Below, in pieces: positions 1 to 11,506 of a stretch of 53,349 bases of DNA. Every line of letters begins with the position of its first letter. The first letter of the stretch is position 1. A program made the translations under genes and the position numbers. The stretch covers positions 248,001-301,349 of the forward strand of contig JAUGWO010000082.1 of the NCBI GenBank assembly GCA_049724395.1, read 5' to 3'. Below the pieces are notes generated by a model, which was not told the origin of the DNA, searched no databases, and saw only the letters and a list, made by a program, of their open reading frames with translations. This DNA comes from Spongospora subterranea f. sp. subterranea. Taxonomy: Eukaryota.

Positions 1-671
1 ATGGCGAAACTTGGAGGTACCACAGGTACGCTGCATCGACAAATGCTGTTTTTGCAGATTTTCATTTCAGTTTTGGCAGATGTGAAAGTGATGTAGCTAT
101 GCCTTTGTCAAACTGGACTCCTTTCTCGGTAACTATAAGTGCAGCAGTTGGTGGTGTCACGATTTGGATGGGAGACCATCTAACTGGACAGGGATCGTCT
201 GTTACGTGCGGAGTAGGCGACTCTGAGAAAATCGTCGCGCCGATCATGAACCGTGGTATATCCCTTGCACATAACCAGAATCAGAAGACAGCATTTTGCC
301 TAGCGAAATTGAGATTTTACAGTATGACGCTGAACCCTTCACAATCGGCTAGCTGCACGCAACTGTTACGGGCTACTGGAGGGGACATTGGCGCTATGAA
401 GACGTTCGGTCCGTTGCTCGATAATGTTTCGGATGGAAACCGGAAAATAGTACTGGTTGCCGTCGCTATTTTGGTCATTTTGATAGTTATCTTGAGTTTC
501 GTTCGTCTTCTGAACATAACGCATTCGGCACGTGAAACGAAAAGATCAGCAATCAAGCAACCGAGCAGCAATATGCAAACAGACCATAAGATATCAGCTG
601 AAGAACAACCGCTACAATCGCAAAGTATAATTACAATCTTGATGGATTCAGATATTCCTTCACGATTATGA
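1..671 (+). CDS. Single-pass membrane protein, probably 5'-incomplete, with a possible LamG/concanavalin-like ectodomain
   Basis: ORF 99-671 extends upstream in frame to an AG acceptor at 57. It has a hydrophobic TM segment (IVLVAVAILVILIVILSFV). WTPFSVTI...VTIW and AKLRFYSMTLNPSQ resemble the last strands of LamG-type jelly-rolls. Confidence 0.5.
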   Translation, partial: GETWRYHRYAASTNAVFADFHFSFGRCESDVAMPLSNWTPFSVTISAAVGGVTIWMGDHLTGQGSSVTCGVGDSEKIVAPIMNRGISLAHNQNQKTAFCLAKLRFYSMTLNPSQSASCTQLLRATGGDIGAMKTFGPLLDNVSDGNRKIVLVAVAILVILIVILSFVRLLNITHSARETKRSAIKQPSSNMQTDHKISAEEQPLQSQSIITILMDSDIPSRL

Positions 672-871
672 TATTATTTTCTAAGAAGAAGTCTCTGCTA
701 GATAAGTCGCAGAAAGCAATATAAAAGCCCATCGCCGCAAAAGGACGTAAGCATGGGTTACTGTTAAAGCATTTTTATAAAGATGCAACAAACTATATAC
801 TCGAAGTGCATGGCCTATGACACAAAAACGTAATCGAGAACGTACAACTTCAGAAATTTCAAGTTTGCACT

Positions 872-2194
872 TTAAAGTCTGCTTCTAACCGCCGAATTTC
901 GGCTTAAAGACATCTCGATTATTCCGTGTGGCTCATCCGTTGGAAGATATACATCATTTTCGAACTGAAGCAGTGAATAAACACACTGACGATAGATGCA
1001 TGAAATGGAAAAACCTTATATCCGAGCTTGGAAAGATCCATCGGGATGTAATGAATGTTGGCTGTGTTTGAAAATGTCAATTTGAGATCGTGTGGGTTTG
1101 AAAACATCACATACGCATTTCTAACGAAATTCTTTCAACTTCTTTTACGGTTTTCAACACGTGTTCGCCCATTTCGTGCATCTAAGGGGTTTTGGCAATA
1201 TGTTTCTCAGAAATAAAAACTTACAGTTTTTTGCACAGAGGGACTGTAAACCCCAGTGTTGACATCACCAAAAAACGTGTCTGTAAGCGATTTTCTGACG
1301 GATTTCCTGACTGAGGCATAATCTATGTTTTTCTTATCCCCTTGACACCTAATGGCACATATGTGAAGTTTACTTGAAGCCGGTCGCGATGAAACTTACG
1401 ACCATCGCGCAGTTATGGACGATGCCAAGAGCCGATCAGATACCTCAGGAAGGGTCGTATGGTTGCACGTGTGGAACTTTTCGAATCCGGACTGTCATAA
1501 TTTAAAATCTAATTCTCTCTTGACCATAAAAGGTCACCCTACTTTTGTGGTCTTGAGGACCACCAGATTTTTTATTCCACTTGACATCGTTAGTGCAAAC
1601 CCTGGCTTTTTGGCTACCAGATCGACAAAATCGTTCTCGGGGCCTTGGCAAAGGAAGCCTATAGCACTTAATGACGATAATTCCAATATAGCACACGTTA
1701 GAGATACCATGAGAGTGAGGTTTTCCATCAACTTCAGCTCGCTTCCAGGGAGACGATTCAATTTCGACACGGATCTGAAAGAAGGGTGTTCTGATGTTCC
1801 GTGTTAATGACGAGATTCACGCATACTTGATGTATAACATCGTATTTAGTCAAGAACATTTTCGCAACGTCTATAGCGAAATCGTCGACCGTAACCGCCT
1901 TGGAAGTCTTCGCAACCACGTTGATAGTGTTTTTTATGGTATCAGTTGGGACAACAGCTGCACAGCAGCACATGTATTCAGAATGGCCTTCCGCCGCCCA
2001 GCGCTTTTCTTCTGTGCAACCATACCTGAATTATCGCCGTCGGTAAATGCCGCATCAGCATTGGAAAGAACGGTTACACGAACGCTCAGTTCCATCACAT
2101 CATGCCTACCACTACGTGCCCGGCGTACTCGCATGATCCTCACACGATTTTTCCCATGGCTACTCGACACCAACTGAAACCTGGAATTTGTCAT
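872..2194 (-). CDS. UOX: Urate oxidase (uricase), multi-exon, peroxisomal
   Basis: Spliced translation gives HGKNRVRIMRV, GDNSAVVPTDTIKNT, VDGKPHSHG, LVVLKTT-SGFEKF..TTLPEVSDRLL, YSPSVQKT, NIHYIP and VYLPTDEPHGIIE. It ends ...AVRSRL* (PTS1), stop at 872-874. Confidence 0.95.
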
Positions 2195-2325
2195 TTGACA
2201 ATTTTGAACGGATTAAAATAGGAAATGGGACCCACGCACCGGCCCGTGTTGAAATTAGCAATCATAGATACACCAATATGCTGTCATCAACGTTTCTTTT
2301 TGCCATGGTCACGCGTCAATGGTTC

Positions 2326-2459
2326 ACAACACGCGTTACCTTTATTGCGTTCAGGTCGTGCAATTGCGATTGACAACACACGAGCTACCTCTTTGCGTTC
2401 AGGTCGTGCACCTGCGTTTCGCAACACGCGTTCACCTCACTACGATCAGGTCGTACACG
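2326..2459. repeat. Degenerate ~47-49 bp tandem repeat, about 3 copies, upstream of uricase
   Basis: The unit caacacgcgttacc...tgcgttcaggtcgtgca recurs at ~2327, ~2375 and ~2422. Confidence 0.65.
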
Positions 2460-2556
2460 AAACGCTGACTGAGAAACTCCAACAGCAATTTCAATATAAT
2501 TCCCAACAAAAATTTGATTTTTATTGACAAGTATATCTTGAACTTTTGTTGGCAAA

Positions 2557-2859
2557 TCAACCGATCCTGCTGGGGTTTCCGGGTAAGAGACGTTCCTCAA
2601 GGTAATCCCTCGTTGTGAACTGGTAGAGAATTTTAGAATGGGTCCAGATCGTGTCCAGAAGCAAAATGGAGACGCCACTGCATATCGTCACGATGCTGGT
2701 CCAGACGCTGGCGTCGTATACGCGCTTATCAAGATCCAGATTAAGAGCTTGTGGAGCAAATGCCAATCCAACTCCCAACGCCAACAGGATACCCGACGCC
2801 GACAGAGATCGGAAAACGCTCGCGCTGAAAAACCGATCCAAACCTGATATTAGGCCCAT
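2557..2859 (-). CDS. Small 2-TM membrane protein (100 aa), paralog A
   Basis: Intronless ORF with two hydrophobic segments. Manual alignment gives ~45/100 identity and one gap against the divergent ORF at 2995-3300. Confidence 0.8.
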   Translation of the reverse strand: MGLISGLDRFFSASVFRSLSASGILLALGVGLAFAPQALNLDLDKRVYDASVWTSIVTICSGVSILLLDTIWTHSKILYQFTTRDYLEERLLPGNPSRIG

Positions 2860-2994
2860 CTTGATCGTTAGCTGAATGACCGAAATGACGGAGCTCCAGC
2901 CAAAATATTCATACCCACCTAAAGAATAGCGCCAGCCACATCGTCGGCCGATAAAAGAGCCGATTCCCGACGGGTGGGACGGCTATTGCGTTTG

Positions 2995-3300
2995 ATGGGT
3001 GTGATATCCCGGGTCGATCAGTTTTTTAGCTCTCCGGTATGGCGCACGTTGACACTATCATTCTGCTGGATGGCAATCGGGATAACCACCGCGTTCATGC
3101 CCCGAGCGTTTCACTCAAGGGCGGCAAAAGACCAATACTCATTGTTCGAGTGGATTAGCGCGATATCGCTCTGCCTCAGCTCGTCTATTTTACTATTGGA
3201 CACAGTCTGGACTCATTTCAAAATTGTATATCAGTTCTTGGCGCAGAATACGCATCTAGAGGAAAGGTTAATGTCCGGCTCATCCAATATGATTATATGA
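2995..3300 (+). CDS. Small 2-TM membrane protein (101 aa), paralog B
   Basis: The ATG at 2995 aligns with the start of paralog A (MGVISRVDQFFS vs MGLISGLDRFFS). Both share SILLLDTxWTHxKIxYQF and LEERL. Confidence 0.8.
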   Translation: MGVISRVDQFFSSPVWRTLTLSFCWMAIGITTAFMPRAFHSRAAKDQYSLFEWISAISLCLSSSILLLDTVWTHFKIVYQFLAQNTHLEERLMSGSSNMII

Positions 3301-3617
3301 CACGTCTCTTTTCAAATACAATGATTCAGTATGACAACGCTCATTAACCATGGTAGGTCGTGTTTTAACAGCCAGAGATGCTCACGTCAAGCAAAGCCTG
3401 ATTTGTGGAAACCTTTGCGGCTGATCATTACGTTGTGCGTTCGATCTGTTGCCACCAAAAAGTGACTGCATCAATGGTGAACGACAACCTATAGATTGAT
3501 TTTTTAACATTCAACAAAACATTCAGGTCCCGAAACTCTTTTAGGTTACAATTTGAGGTTATTTCACTTTTCGACAACGATTCATCTTCAAAACGGTGTT
3601 ATTAGATGTTTTTTTCT

Positions 3618-4754
3618 TTATTCCACGAAAGATTCCAAATTTAAGCGTTTGCGATGAAATTTGCGATCTTGCGCGACAACTTCAGAGACCCAAGGTTGCC
3701 GACAGTAAACGCATGTCACGACTTCCCCTGCTTTGCGTTTTGAGGCAGCCCAGTTGGCGAAACACATGGAGTGAACGCTACGACCACAGGACAGTTTACA
3801 GTAAACCAGATCTTCTTCGTTCTCGTGCATTTCCTCAAAACAAATCGGGCAATCATCACCTTCAGCGCTGCGCTGAGCAACAGTTTTTGCCTGGGCCTCT
3901 TCGAGAGATACAGGTTGCCCAGTCGCCAGGGTAAAAGCATTCTGGACGTGACCGGGGGCAATGGCGCTGATCTCGGGGATACGATCGCGCGACATGGCGT
4001 AAATCTCCGACATTTCCGAAGCTGATAGATCGGCGTGTTTTCGCTCCATCACAGGATGGCTTTCCGGGACCCTTAGTACACGCAGCAGCACAAATAGTAA
4101 GTGTTTACAAAAACCTATGCCCACCAATAAATAATCATATAAAGTAAAAAAAGTGTAAAATGTGAGAATCATATAAATATAAGGATGTGTTAAAATTCGA
4201 GTAACACACGAACCAAAAATTGATAAGTGGGTGTATAAAATTAGCACCTTTGCGAACGCGCTGATCAAAGCACGTACAGCGAATCGTACGGTGCGCGCTC
4301 AGAGTCGGATAATAAATGTTGCCAGTGGTGCCCATAACGACAAACACAAGTGCGTCATCGGCGAGATCCTGAGCTGAATCGCGTCTGCCTACCTAAAAAA
4401 AGTTCACAATTTGCCTAGTCGAAACAGGAATAAAATTACAAGGAAAAGTCGATGCTGTTTCGCCCGCTGGATGCGGGAACTCGGTTCAACCCCTCCAGGT
4501 GGTTTTTTGGGCCTTTTTCCCTTTGCTTCACGGGATGGAGCGGAAGGTTTCAAAGATTTTCTCTTTTTTGGAACATGACCTTCATCTGCCGCTTCTCTCT
4601 TCGAACGCGTCGACGACGTAGCGGACACTGGCGTTAGCCGAGAAGTATCCGTCGCTTGCTGTCGTATGGCGTCCTCAGGTTGCCTGGCCGCGACCCGGGC
4701 AGACCTGCGAGTCGGCGGTTGTTCCTCAGCATTGGACTTTCGCTTTGGAGGCAT
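3618..4754 (-). CDS. SWIM zinc finger + RING-finger protein (ZSWIM2/MEKK1-N-like putative E3 ligase)
   Basis: Three exons: basic N-terminus ...RIQRAKQHRLFL; FVVMGTTGNIY..CTCFD..CKHLLFVLLRVL (SWIM); RING CPICFEE..CKLSCGRSVHSMCF..W..CVYCR. Confidence 0.88.
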
Positions 4755-5554
4755 AATTGATAGGAGAAATGAAATGATGAAATGAATGGCAAAGGCCGCT
4801 CCTGGACCACCTTTCGACGGCTGAAATCTGTTGTTACACTTACGGGGTCACTGAAGCCGCGCTCCTCTGGTGCCAAAGGTGGTGTAGTGACTAGTGACGA
4901 TATCGGTCGGGTAATCAGTGTCCGTCCGGTCTGCCACGGCAACCAACGAGCTGAGCGTAATTCAAGTACCCTTGACCAATGGGCTTTGGCATTGTCTGGG
5001 TACACGAAGGGAAGTGCAAACTGGCTGCGGAACGCCAAACCATTTCTTCTCACCTTCTACTGGCTATCTGCCTCTCAACCGTCTTGATATTTATTGTCGG
5101 ATGCTTTTGTCACTATCTACAAATTGTTTGTAGCACAAAAACGAGATAGCTTGACCCGAACCGATTGTCCTAGGATGTTGAAAAGGCACAGGTAAGCTCT
5201 TTTATAGAACTTACGAGAATCGACGGGATAGGATGCCAACTGCTGGGGTTAATTCACAACATGACTGTGGATCTGTATCAGAGCTTCAGATGCAATAAAC
5301 GTGTATATTGGTATGACAAAGAGGATGTCTGTACCTTCAATTATTAGTAGGAACGTGTCTTTTGGCAGTCGACCACATTCAAGAAAAGTCTGTAAAACTA
5401 CTGATCAATAAAAACACGCTTGAACATTCAGATCATCTCCAAAAACATGTATGCTTCACAAAACCGGGCTGGCTTAACGCTTCAAAGCGTAACTGCTAGG
5501 GATCATCAAATTGCTGGTTGATAACCCAGTGATAGTGATGGCCGCACCGGGGTT

Positions 5555-5620
5555 TACCGTAGATGGCAATATTATCCATCTGGCAAAATTAGCAGAACTC
5601 GGCGAAAGCGAAAAAAATAA
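5555..5620 (+). mobile_element. Solo terminus of the MITE family seen intact at 46429-46851
   Basis: TA-CCGTAGATGGCAATATTATCCATC..caaaattagcagaactc closely matches the left end of the 46.4-kb MITE. Confidence 0.75.
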
Positions 5621-5769
5621 AAAATCGTGCCACTTTCTACACAATAGCCATAAGTGTACTTTGTGTCATGACAAAGTACACTTACACCTACACTACAGTG
5701 TTCCGCGTTGCACTTATGTACACTGTAAAAGAGTACGATTATGTACAGTACAGTAGTAGCCAAACGGAG

Positions 5770-6131
5770 TTTTTTCCAAATCAAGAACATGATGAACATC
5801 GTCCATATTGACGAAAATGGTTTTATTTGACTCAATTCAACGATTTTACTTAGCTGCAGATGAAAATGAGCCATATCGTACCTGCAAAAGCAAACGCTTC
5901 ATCACCAAAGTGTTGTTCATGGCAGCAGTGGCTCGGCCGCGATGGGACCGGTCTAGAAACAAGTGGTTCACCGGAAAGCTCGGTATTTTCCCATTGGTGC
6001 AATGTATGATAAACATAATGAATGTCGAGGGGGGCAACAATTACAAGCTGCCTCATATGGACAAGGAACATCTCCGCCGCCAAGGAGACCTACCCGATGA
6101 ATTGCCATGTGACATTGCAGTCATGCATTAA
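5770..6131 (+). mobile_element. Tc1/mariner (plant/oomycete DD39D-like) transposase fragment, internally deleted
   Basis: MMNIVHIDE-WFYL..EPYRTCKSKRFITKVLFMAAVARPRWD..WFTGKLGIFP is fused directly to the C-terminal GGNNYKLPHMDK. Confidence 0.85.
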
Positions 6132-6893
6132 GGTTTCTTGCTGCTTCTCTTCGCTGGTTCTTGAAGACAAATGGGAAAATACCGACCATTTGTTGATAGA
6201 TCGGTCTCATCGCGGCCGAGCTACTGCCTCCATGAATATTACTTTAATGATGAAGCGTTTGCTTTTGCAAGTACGATGTGGCTCATTTTCATCTGCCGCT
6301 AATCGATGGTAGTTTGAGTCAAATAAAACCAATTTTCGTTTATATGGACGACGTTCATCATGTTCTTGAGAATTGAATCATGATGGGGTGACAAGATTAT
6401 CATGAGAATGCAGAACTTTAGCCTGGTCATCTTGTTGGCCACAGGGATGATTGGCTTCATCGCGCATTTGAATGCGCCTTGAGACCTCCTTCCTCTGCAT
6501 GCACTGTGGATACGGTCAGATTCAAAGCGCACCCAAGAGACCGAATATTTGATCGTTGTTGTAAAGGAATGTTTTTGACTTTCTCTGGATCAACGGGCTT
6601 CCAACCCTTCCTCGTTTTTGTGAAGAAACAACGGCCGAATTCATTCCACTACCCCTGCTTTTCACTCCCTGGTTCCATATCCTGCTGGCTGTTCGGCGCG
6701 AAATGACGAATTGGCGGCTTAGAATATATTCGTAAATTACACGACGCTGGTCATCAGAAAGGTTTATGTGTCCTTTTCTACAGGCAAACTCTTCAGGAAC
6801 GATGACGATTTCCGAGGTCTGCAGATCGTCGGCTATTGCCTTCCCAGGAGGCACGTCTCCAGCTCGGTTGAGGTCTTCTGCAGGTGCAGTCAT
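6132..6893 (-). mobile_element. Second, inverted copy of the same mariner-family transposase (N-terminal to mid part, frameshifted)
   Basis: NLSDDQRRVIY..SRRTASRIW..KRGRVG, ANKMTRLKFC, MMNVVHINENWFYLT and CKSKRFIIKVIFMEAVARPR are spread across broken frames. Confidence 0.8.
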
Positions 6894-7865
6894 GTTCTCA
6901 GATTTCTAGTTCAACAATGCCGAGGCAGCGGTGTCACTGTAAAAAATCCTGTAAACCCTTGTCTTTATCATGAGCTATTTTTAAATGAGCTTCAAACGTC
7001 GGTCCTTCCATCAACAAGGACCTGTCCTAAACCGGTCTCCATAGAGGCTCCTGGACCTTGTCTGGACCGGTCTTTCCACATTCTGGGACCGGTTCGTGGT
7101 CCGTTTGGAGAATATGTGAACAGTCTGGCGGTCCGTTTACAGCGATGCCAACCAGAGAACCACCTTGTCGGATCCGCGATTTGACTCCGCGCCCCGGTTG
7201 CCCTTGGGACTGAACCCCCTCCTCACGCTGCATAATGGCGACGGCCGGACCTGACCGTGCCCTCCCCTACCTCAAAAGCTCAATTATCGGGAGAAAAATG
7301 CACTTGACGTACGCTCCAGTTTTGAGAAGAGAGATCAGATGGCGCTAAAATTAACCTCAATTCACGCACCGCTTTCAACCAGGACTTTTATTCCCGAACG
7401 GAGGGATTATTCGGCAATCAACAACGCGAAAAAGTCAAACAACGCCTCAGGAGTACATCATATGGCTAATTGACCTTCCACAGGTGGGTTTCTCATTTGT
7501 TCGAAATATTGTAGGTATGCTGTTCTGATCGGTCCAATTAGCCTGCACTCCTGCTAGGACTTGCCATGGAACGGCTAGTCAGCACGTATCTCACCAGTGA
7601 CAGGTGTCGTAGAGCACTCGTAGAGCCGTCAAAACCAGTCGGAGCGAGGGCAATTATTGGGCTTTACGTGTTGGGAGGGCAATCTCTGTGACCTGTCAAC
7701 TTCTCTCTTTACTGTCAATATCTTGATAAGCGGTCGGGTTACGCCGTCCGCTACACCAGATTTTCTCGGTTTGGAAAGGTTTTGAGGTCATCGCGTCAAT
7801 AGGTAGGCATCATCTGATCGACCATCGTACCTATAAGACCGGGTTTCCATTTCCCGACCTGCAGA

Positions 7866-8504
7866 ATGCCGATTCAAATAGTGTCACCGCGGTCGCCCTC
7901 CTTCCTCCCACGAACATTCGTCAGCCGGCCAACAAGGGCTCCGTCGATCGTGCTGTCGATGCAACGCGATCGATGCTCGAGTTTGATGGACACACGACAA
8001 TTAGTCGATATGTTCCTGAATCAGGAAATCGACAAGGCTACGCTGAACGCCGAAGGCGCTGCCAAAGATTTTGAAAACGGCGCTGCACTTTATGCGAAGC
8101 GGGACTATAGTCAATCTTTTGCACTATGGGAGAACGCTGCACGCCATGGCAACGCGATGGCGAAAAACAACAGTGCCGCCTGTTTTTTATTGGGGCGAGG
8201 CACTCGCATCAATAACGCAAAAGCCCTAGAATGGTTCAAGGAAGCAGCTGCATCGGGGGATGGTCTGGCGCTGCACAATCTTGGCGTGATTTACGAAAAC
8301 GGCCTGGCTGAGGTTGTGCCAGACCCTGAGTATGGACGGTATTTGAAGCAACGAGCGTTGAAAGTGGATGGCGGCCGAGCATCGCATCGAGTGATTGATC
8401 GGGCACAAAGCCAACACTCTCAACGTAAAGGGGCGGTTATCCTTTGGTATACCAAGGCTTCGGCAACTGTGGCGACACGTTCTAAATCAATAATAAATAT
8501 ATAG
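7866..8504 (+). CDS. Sel1-like repeat protein; may splice on to further exons ending at 9322
   Basis: Sel1 repeats: WENAARHGNAMAKNNSAACFLLGRG and ALEWFKEAAASGDGLALHNLGVIYENG. The downstream ORFs 8541-8822 and 9035-9322 have plausible splice sites. Confidence 0.75.
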   Translation: MPIQIVSPRSPSFLPRTFVSRPTRAPSIVLSMQRDRCSSLMDTRQLVDMFLNQEIDKATLNAEGAAKDFENGAALYAKRDYSQSFALWENAARHGNAMAKNNSAACFLLGRGTRINNAKALEWFKEAAASGDGLALHNLGVIYENGLAEVVPDPEYGRYLKQRALKVDGGRASHRVIDRAQSQHSQRKGAVILWYTKASATVATRSKSIINI

Positions 8505-9318
8505 TCGGCATTACATGCTTTTGACGGTACATTCTGATACTTGGACCCACTCGCTCAGAATACTTCTCCGTTCATTCATTCTGCCAAGAGGGCTCGAGAC
8601 ATCCCAAATTGGATATCTTCAGCGTTGGAAAATTCCGAAACGATAGGTACCCAAGAATCCAAATCATATAGCGCTCCTCCTCAATGTTCAACCGAAAATC
8701 ATTATGTATACGGCCACCCTGAAAACTCTTCCTTACCCAATAAGCGTATTAGAGCGACCGTAATTATTGGCATCGACGTTGACTTTATGGTACACATAAT
8801 AATGAATCAAATCATAGTATGACAAAACCGTATTGCGACCACGAAAAGCTGTCACTACAAGGCGGAACAGTCAAAAACGTTTGTTGTCCACGAGGTGCTT
8901 AAATCCATTGATCAACGAATGATCAAAATCTAAAAGAATGGAAGTGCAGAGTTTCAAGAAACCCTATTTAGAGTTTGACCCCTCGTATCAGCATGTTTAG
9001 AGGCGCAGAGTTTTGAAGCTCACCAAATTATTTTATGATCAAATTTAGAATGCTGAGAACTTGGATTGAAACTTATGTAGGGTACCAGTTTGGGAGTAGT
9101 ATCGCTGGATACAAGAATATTTCTATACACGTAGATACGACAGTTCGTTCAGCGTCCTTCTTGTTTCCAGTGACTTGTTGCCCTGACGATATGACGTGGA
9201 CATATGCAGTTGAAGGGGTGCCCAAGGATACGCTATTGCAGTCCCTAGGTGATGAAAACACGATTCTGAACTACCTAGACAAAGACAAATACTACTCCAA
9301 ACTGATAATGTATAAAAA

Positions 9319-10216
9319 TTAACAACCGCAAAAAGACGAGGATGAAGTGGGCTCCGAAATGTGCACATATCCTGCATCGTCATGCAACTGATCAAACGCG
9401 TCACGCTTGATTGAAAGTCTTAGAACCGTGTCAAATATTTCGTTTATGCCTGTTCCAGCCTTCGCCGATAGCTCGAACGCCTCTCCTTTGTACTGTGCGG
9501 CAAGAGCCTGCGCCGCACTGAATTCAACTTGACGTTTCGAAGGCGTTTCCTCAACAAGGTCAACTGCAGCAATAACATATTGACAACCGTCGGTTACACA
9601 GTGTTGCATTTGCGTACTAACGCTTGTTGCCGGCAAAAACCACGACACAATCATCATGCGCTTCATTGGTTATTTTCTCAATCCAGCGCTTGATACGCTG
9701 AAACGAGGCTAGATTTGTGATATCGTAGCAGATAACTGCTGCTTGGGCTCCTCGACCTAGCGAATGCAAATCTTGAGAAACTGAAGTGGAATACGGGAGC
9801 GCAATTATTCTTACAATAGAAGTTCGTTAAACTATCGAACTTTTCTAAGATATGATCATGGGAATTGGCTCTAGTTTGTAAACAATTTACTAACCTTCAC
9901 CAGCAGTGTCCCAAATGGCTAAGCTGTGTGCAGAGCCTGAACCAATTCGGCATGTTTTAACAGCAAAATATGCCCCGATGGTCTGAACCCATAGACAACC
10001 TCAATGTAAGTAGAAAACACTATGAAAATTTGGTAAACCGACCATAGAAGTCGGACCGAACTCCTGATAAATATACCTGTTGACTAACGGTCAAGCAAAT
10101 TCAAAGAGTCAGCAAGACAGTGACTGCATAGGCAAGCAACTTGTTTTACATATTGAGGTTTTGCCGACGTTTTTCTGGCCAAGAAGGACACATTTTAAAT
10201 CGGCGCCAGATGACAT
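9319..10216 (-). CDS. Rab GTPase, Rab24/Rab20-like
   Basis: Spliced: [54 protein letters not shown], ELSAK and a C-terminal CGC prenylation motif. Confidence 0.92.
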
Positions 10217-11506
10217 AGTCGCAACTATTATAAGTACTAGGGCTGTGCGAGTTTCAGCGTAGAGACGATGTGTCGAGGTAGAGAAATGGTGAAACGCTAC
10301 TGGCTGGCGAAAGACCGGATCGATTTGACTAGCGCACGTTACAGGTATTGGGGTCGAAAAGATGAATGAGTGTGGATTCACGTCACAGAAGACTGGAGGA
10401 GAATCTCAGGAGCTGCTGAATAGCGCACGCCTTCAAAATGGCACCCTTGAAGATAACCATACAGGGAGCACCAGTCAGCAAATCTGGGCTGCGCGGGCTG
10501 AAGGATCATGTCACTCCGTGACGGTCCAACGTCTCTGTTTCCAACTTGCGAAACAGGTTTCAGCAATTCACGTTGGATTCACAAATAAACGGTGGGTGTG
10601 CCTACGTGGTTGCGTTTTGGCTGAGTTTGCTTGTTTTCACGGTCGCTGTCGAGGAGATAAAATTCAATTGCTATCACATGTCCCAGCCTGTTTTTCCAGG
10701 CCGTTGATTTCTGCAGGTTTCTCAGTCCTGTGTTGTGGTCGCTCAACCCCAACTGGCCCTTAGTTGGAAACCAGAATTGAAACGGTGTGCGCGGTTAGTT
10801 AACGTTCTGCTTAAATCTCATCAAACTCTTCATTCGCCGTACTCTGTCACTTATTAGCCGTGATACAATTTCCCAACTGGCAGTTTGTAATGAAACCCAA
10901 AATGTTGTTGGTTCCTACTGTTTTTGTTTATAGCAGTTCCTCGGTGGCAGTTACAATAATTCATCCTTTGTAGCAGTTCTTTACTATTTCAATGTTTTAC
11001 TGATTAGAGGGCATTTTAGCATCGATCTTTAGTAAGAAACGGTGTTGTTGTTCGTGTTGGGTGTGCACAAGTTTAAAGGCCCCGCGTTGGAAATTATCTG
11101 GGTTGTATACCGTCTTCCGATCCATTCAAACCTTGTCGTCTGTTTCGACAAATTGGCCAACACAATCTGCCGAAATCATACTCCTACTGGTGCAGCCGAT
11201 GCAAAACAAGGCGCGTGTCGATAAAATCGTTAAAGCTCGTGATCGTTGAACCGACCATGAGGTCCAATATCCTTTGTTACTACTGTCATTACTAGCTCAA
11301 TTGAAACCGTATTGAATGGAAAAAAAAGCTGTCGATTCCGTGACCGATGTGACCCCCGTAGCTCTCTTACCTGTAACACTGTGCCCGCGCCCACTCTGAT
11401 TCTGTGACCTCATGGCGCTCTGCCGCCCGCGTCAAAGCCACAATCACATCGGGCGATCCGTCAATCGGCACTGCATTCCTCCGGTTGCATTGATCTCCGA
11501 TTCCGG

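Noticed and set aside
660..671. C-terminal SRL (PTS1) on the first ORF, matching the convergent uricase
   Set aside because: The protein has a TM segment and PTS1 applies to soluble matrix proteins; probably coincidence.
1415..2177. Plus-strand ORFs of 127-130 aa
   Set aside because: They are antisense shadows of the uricase exons.
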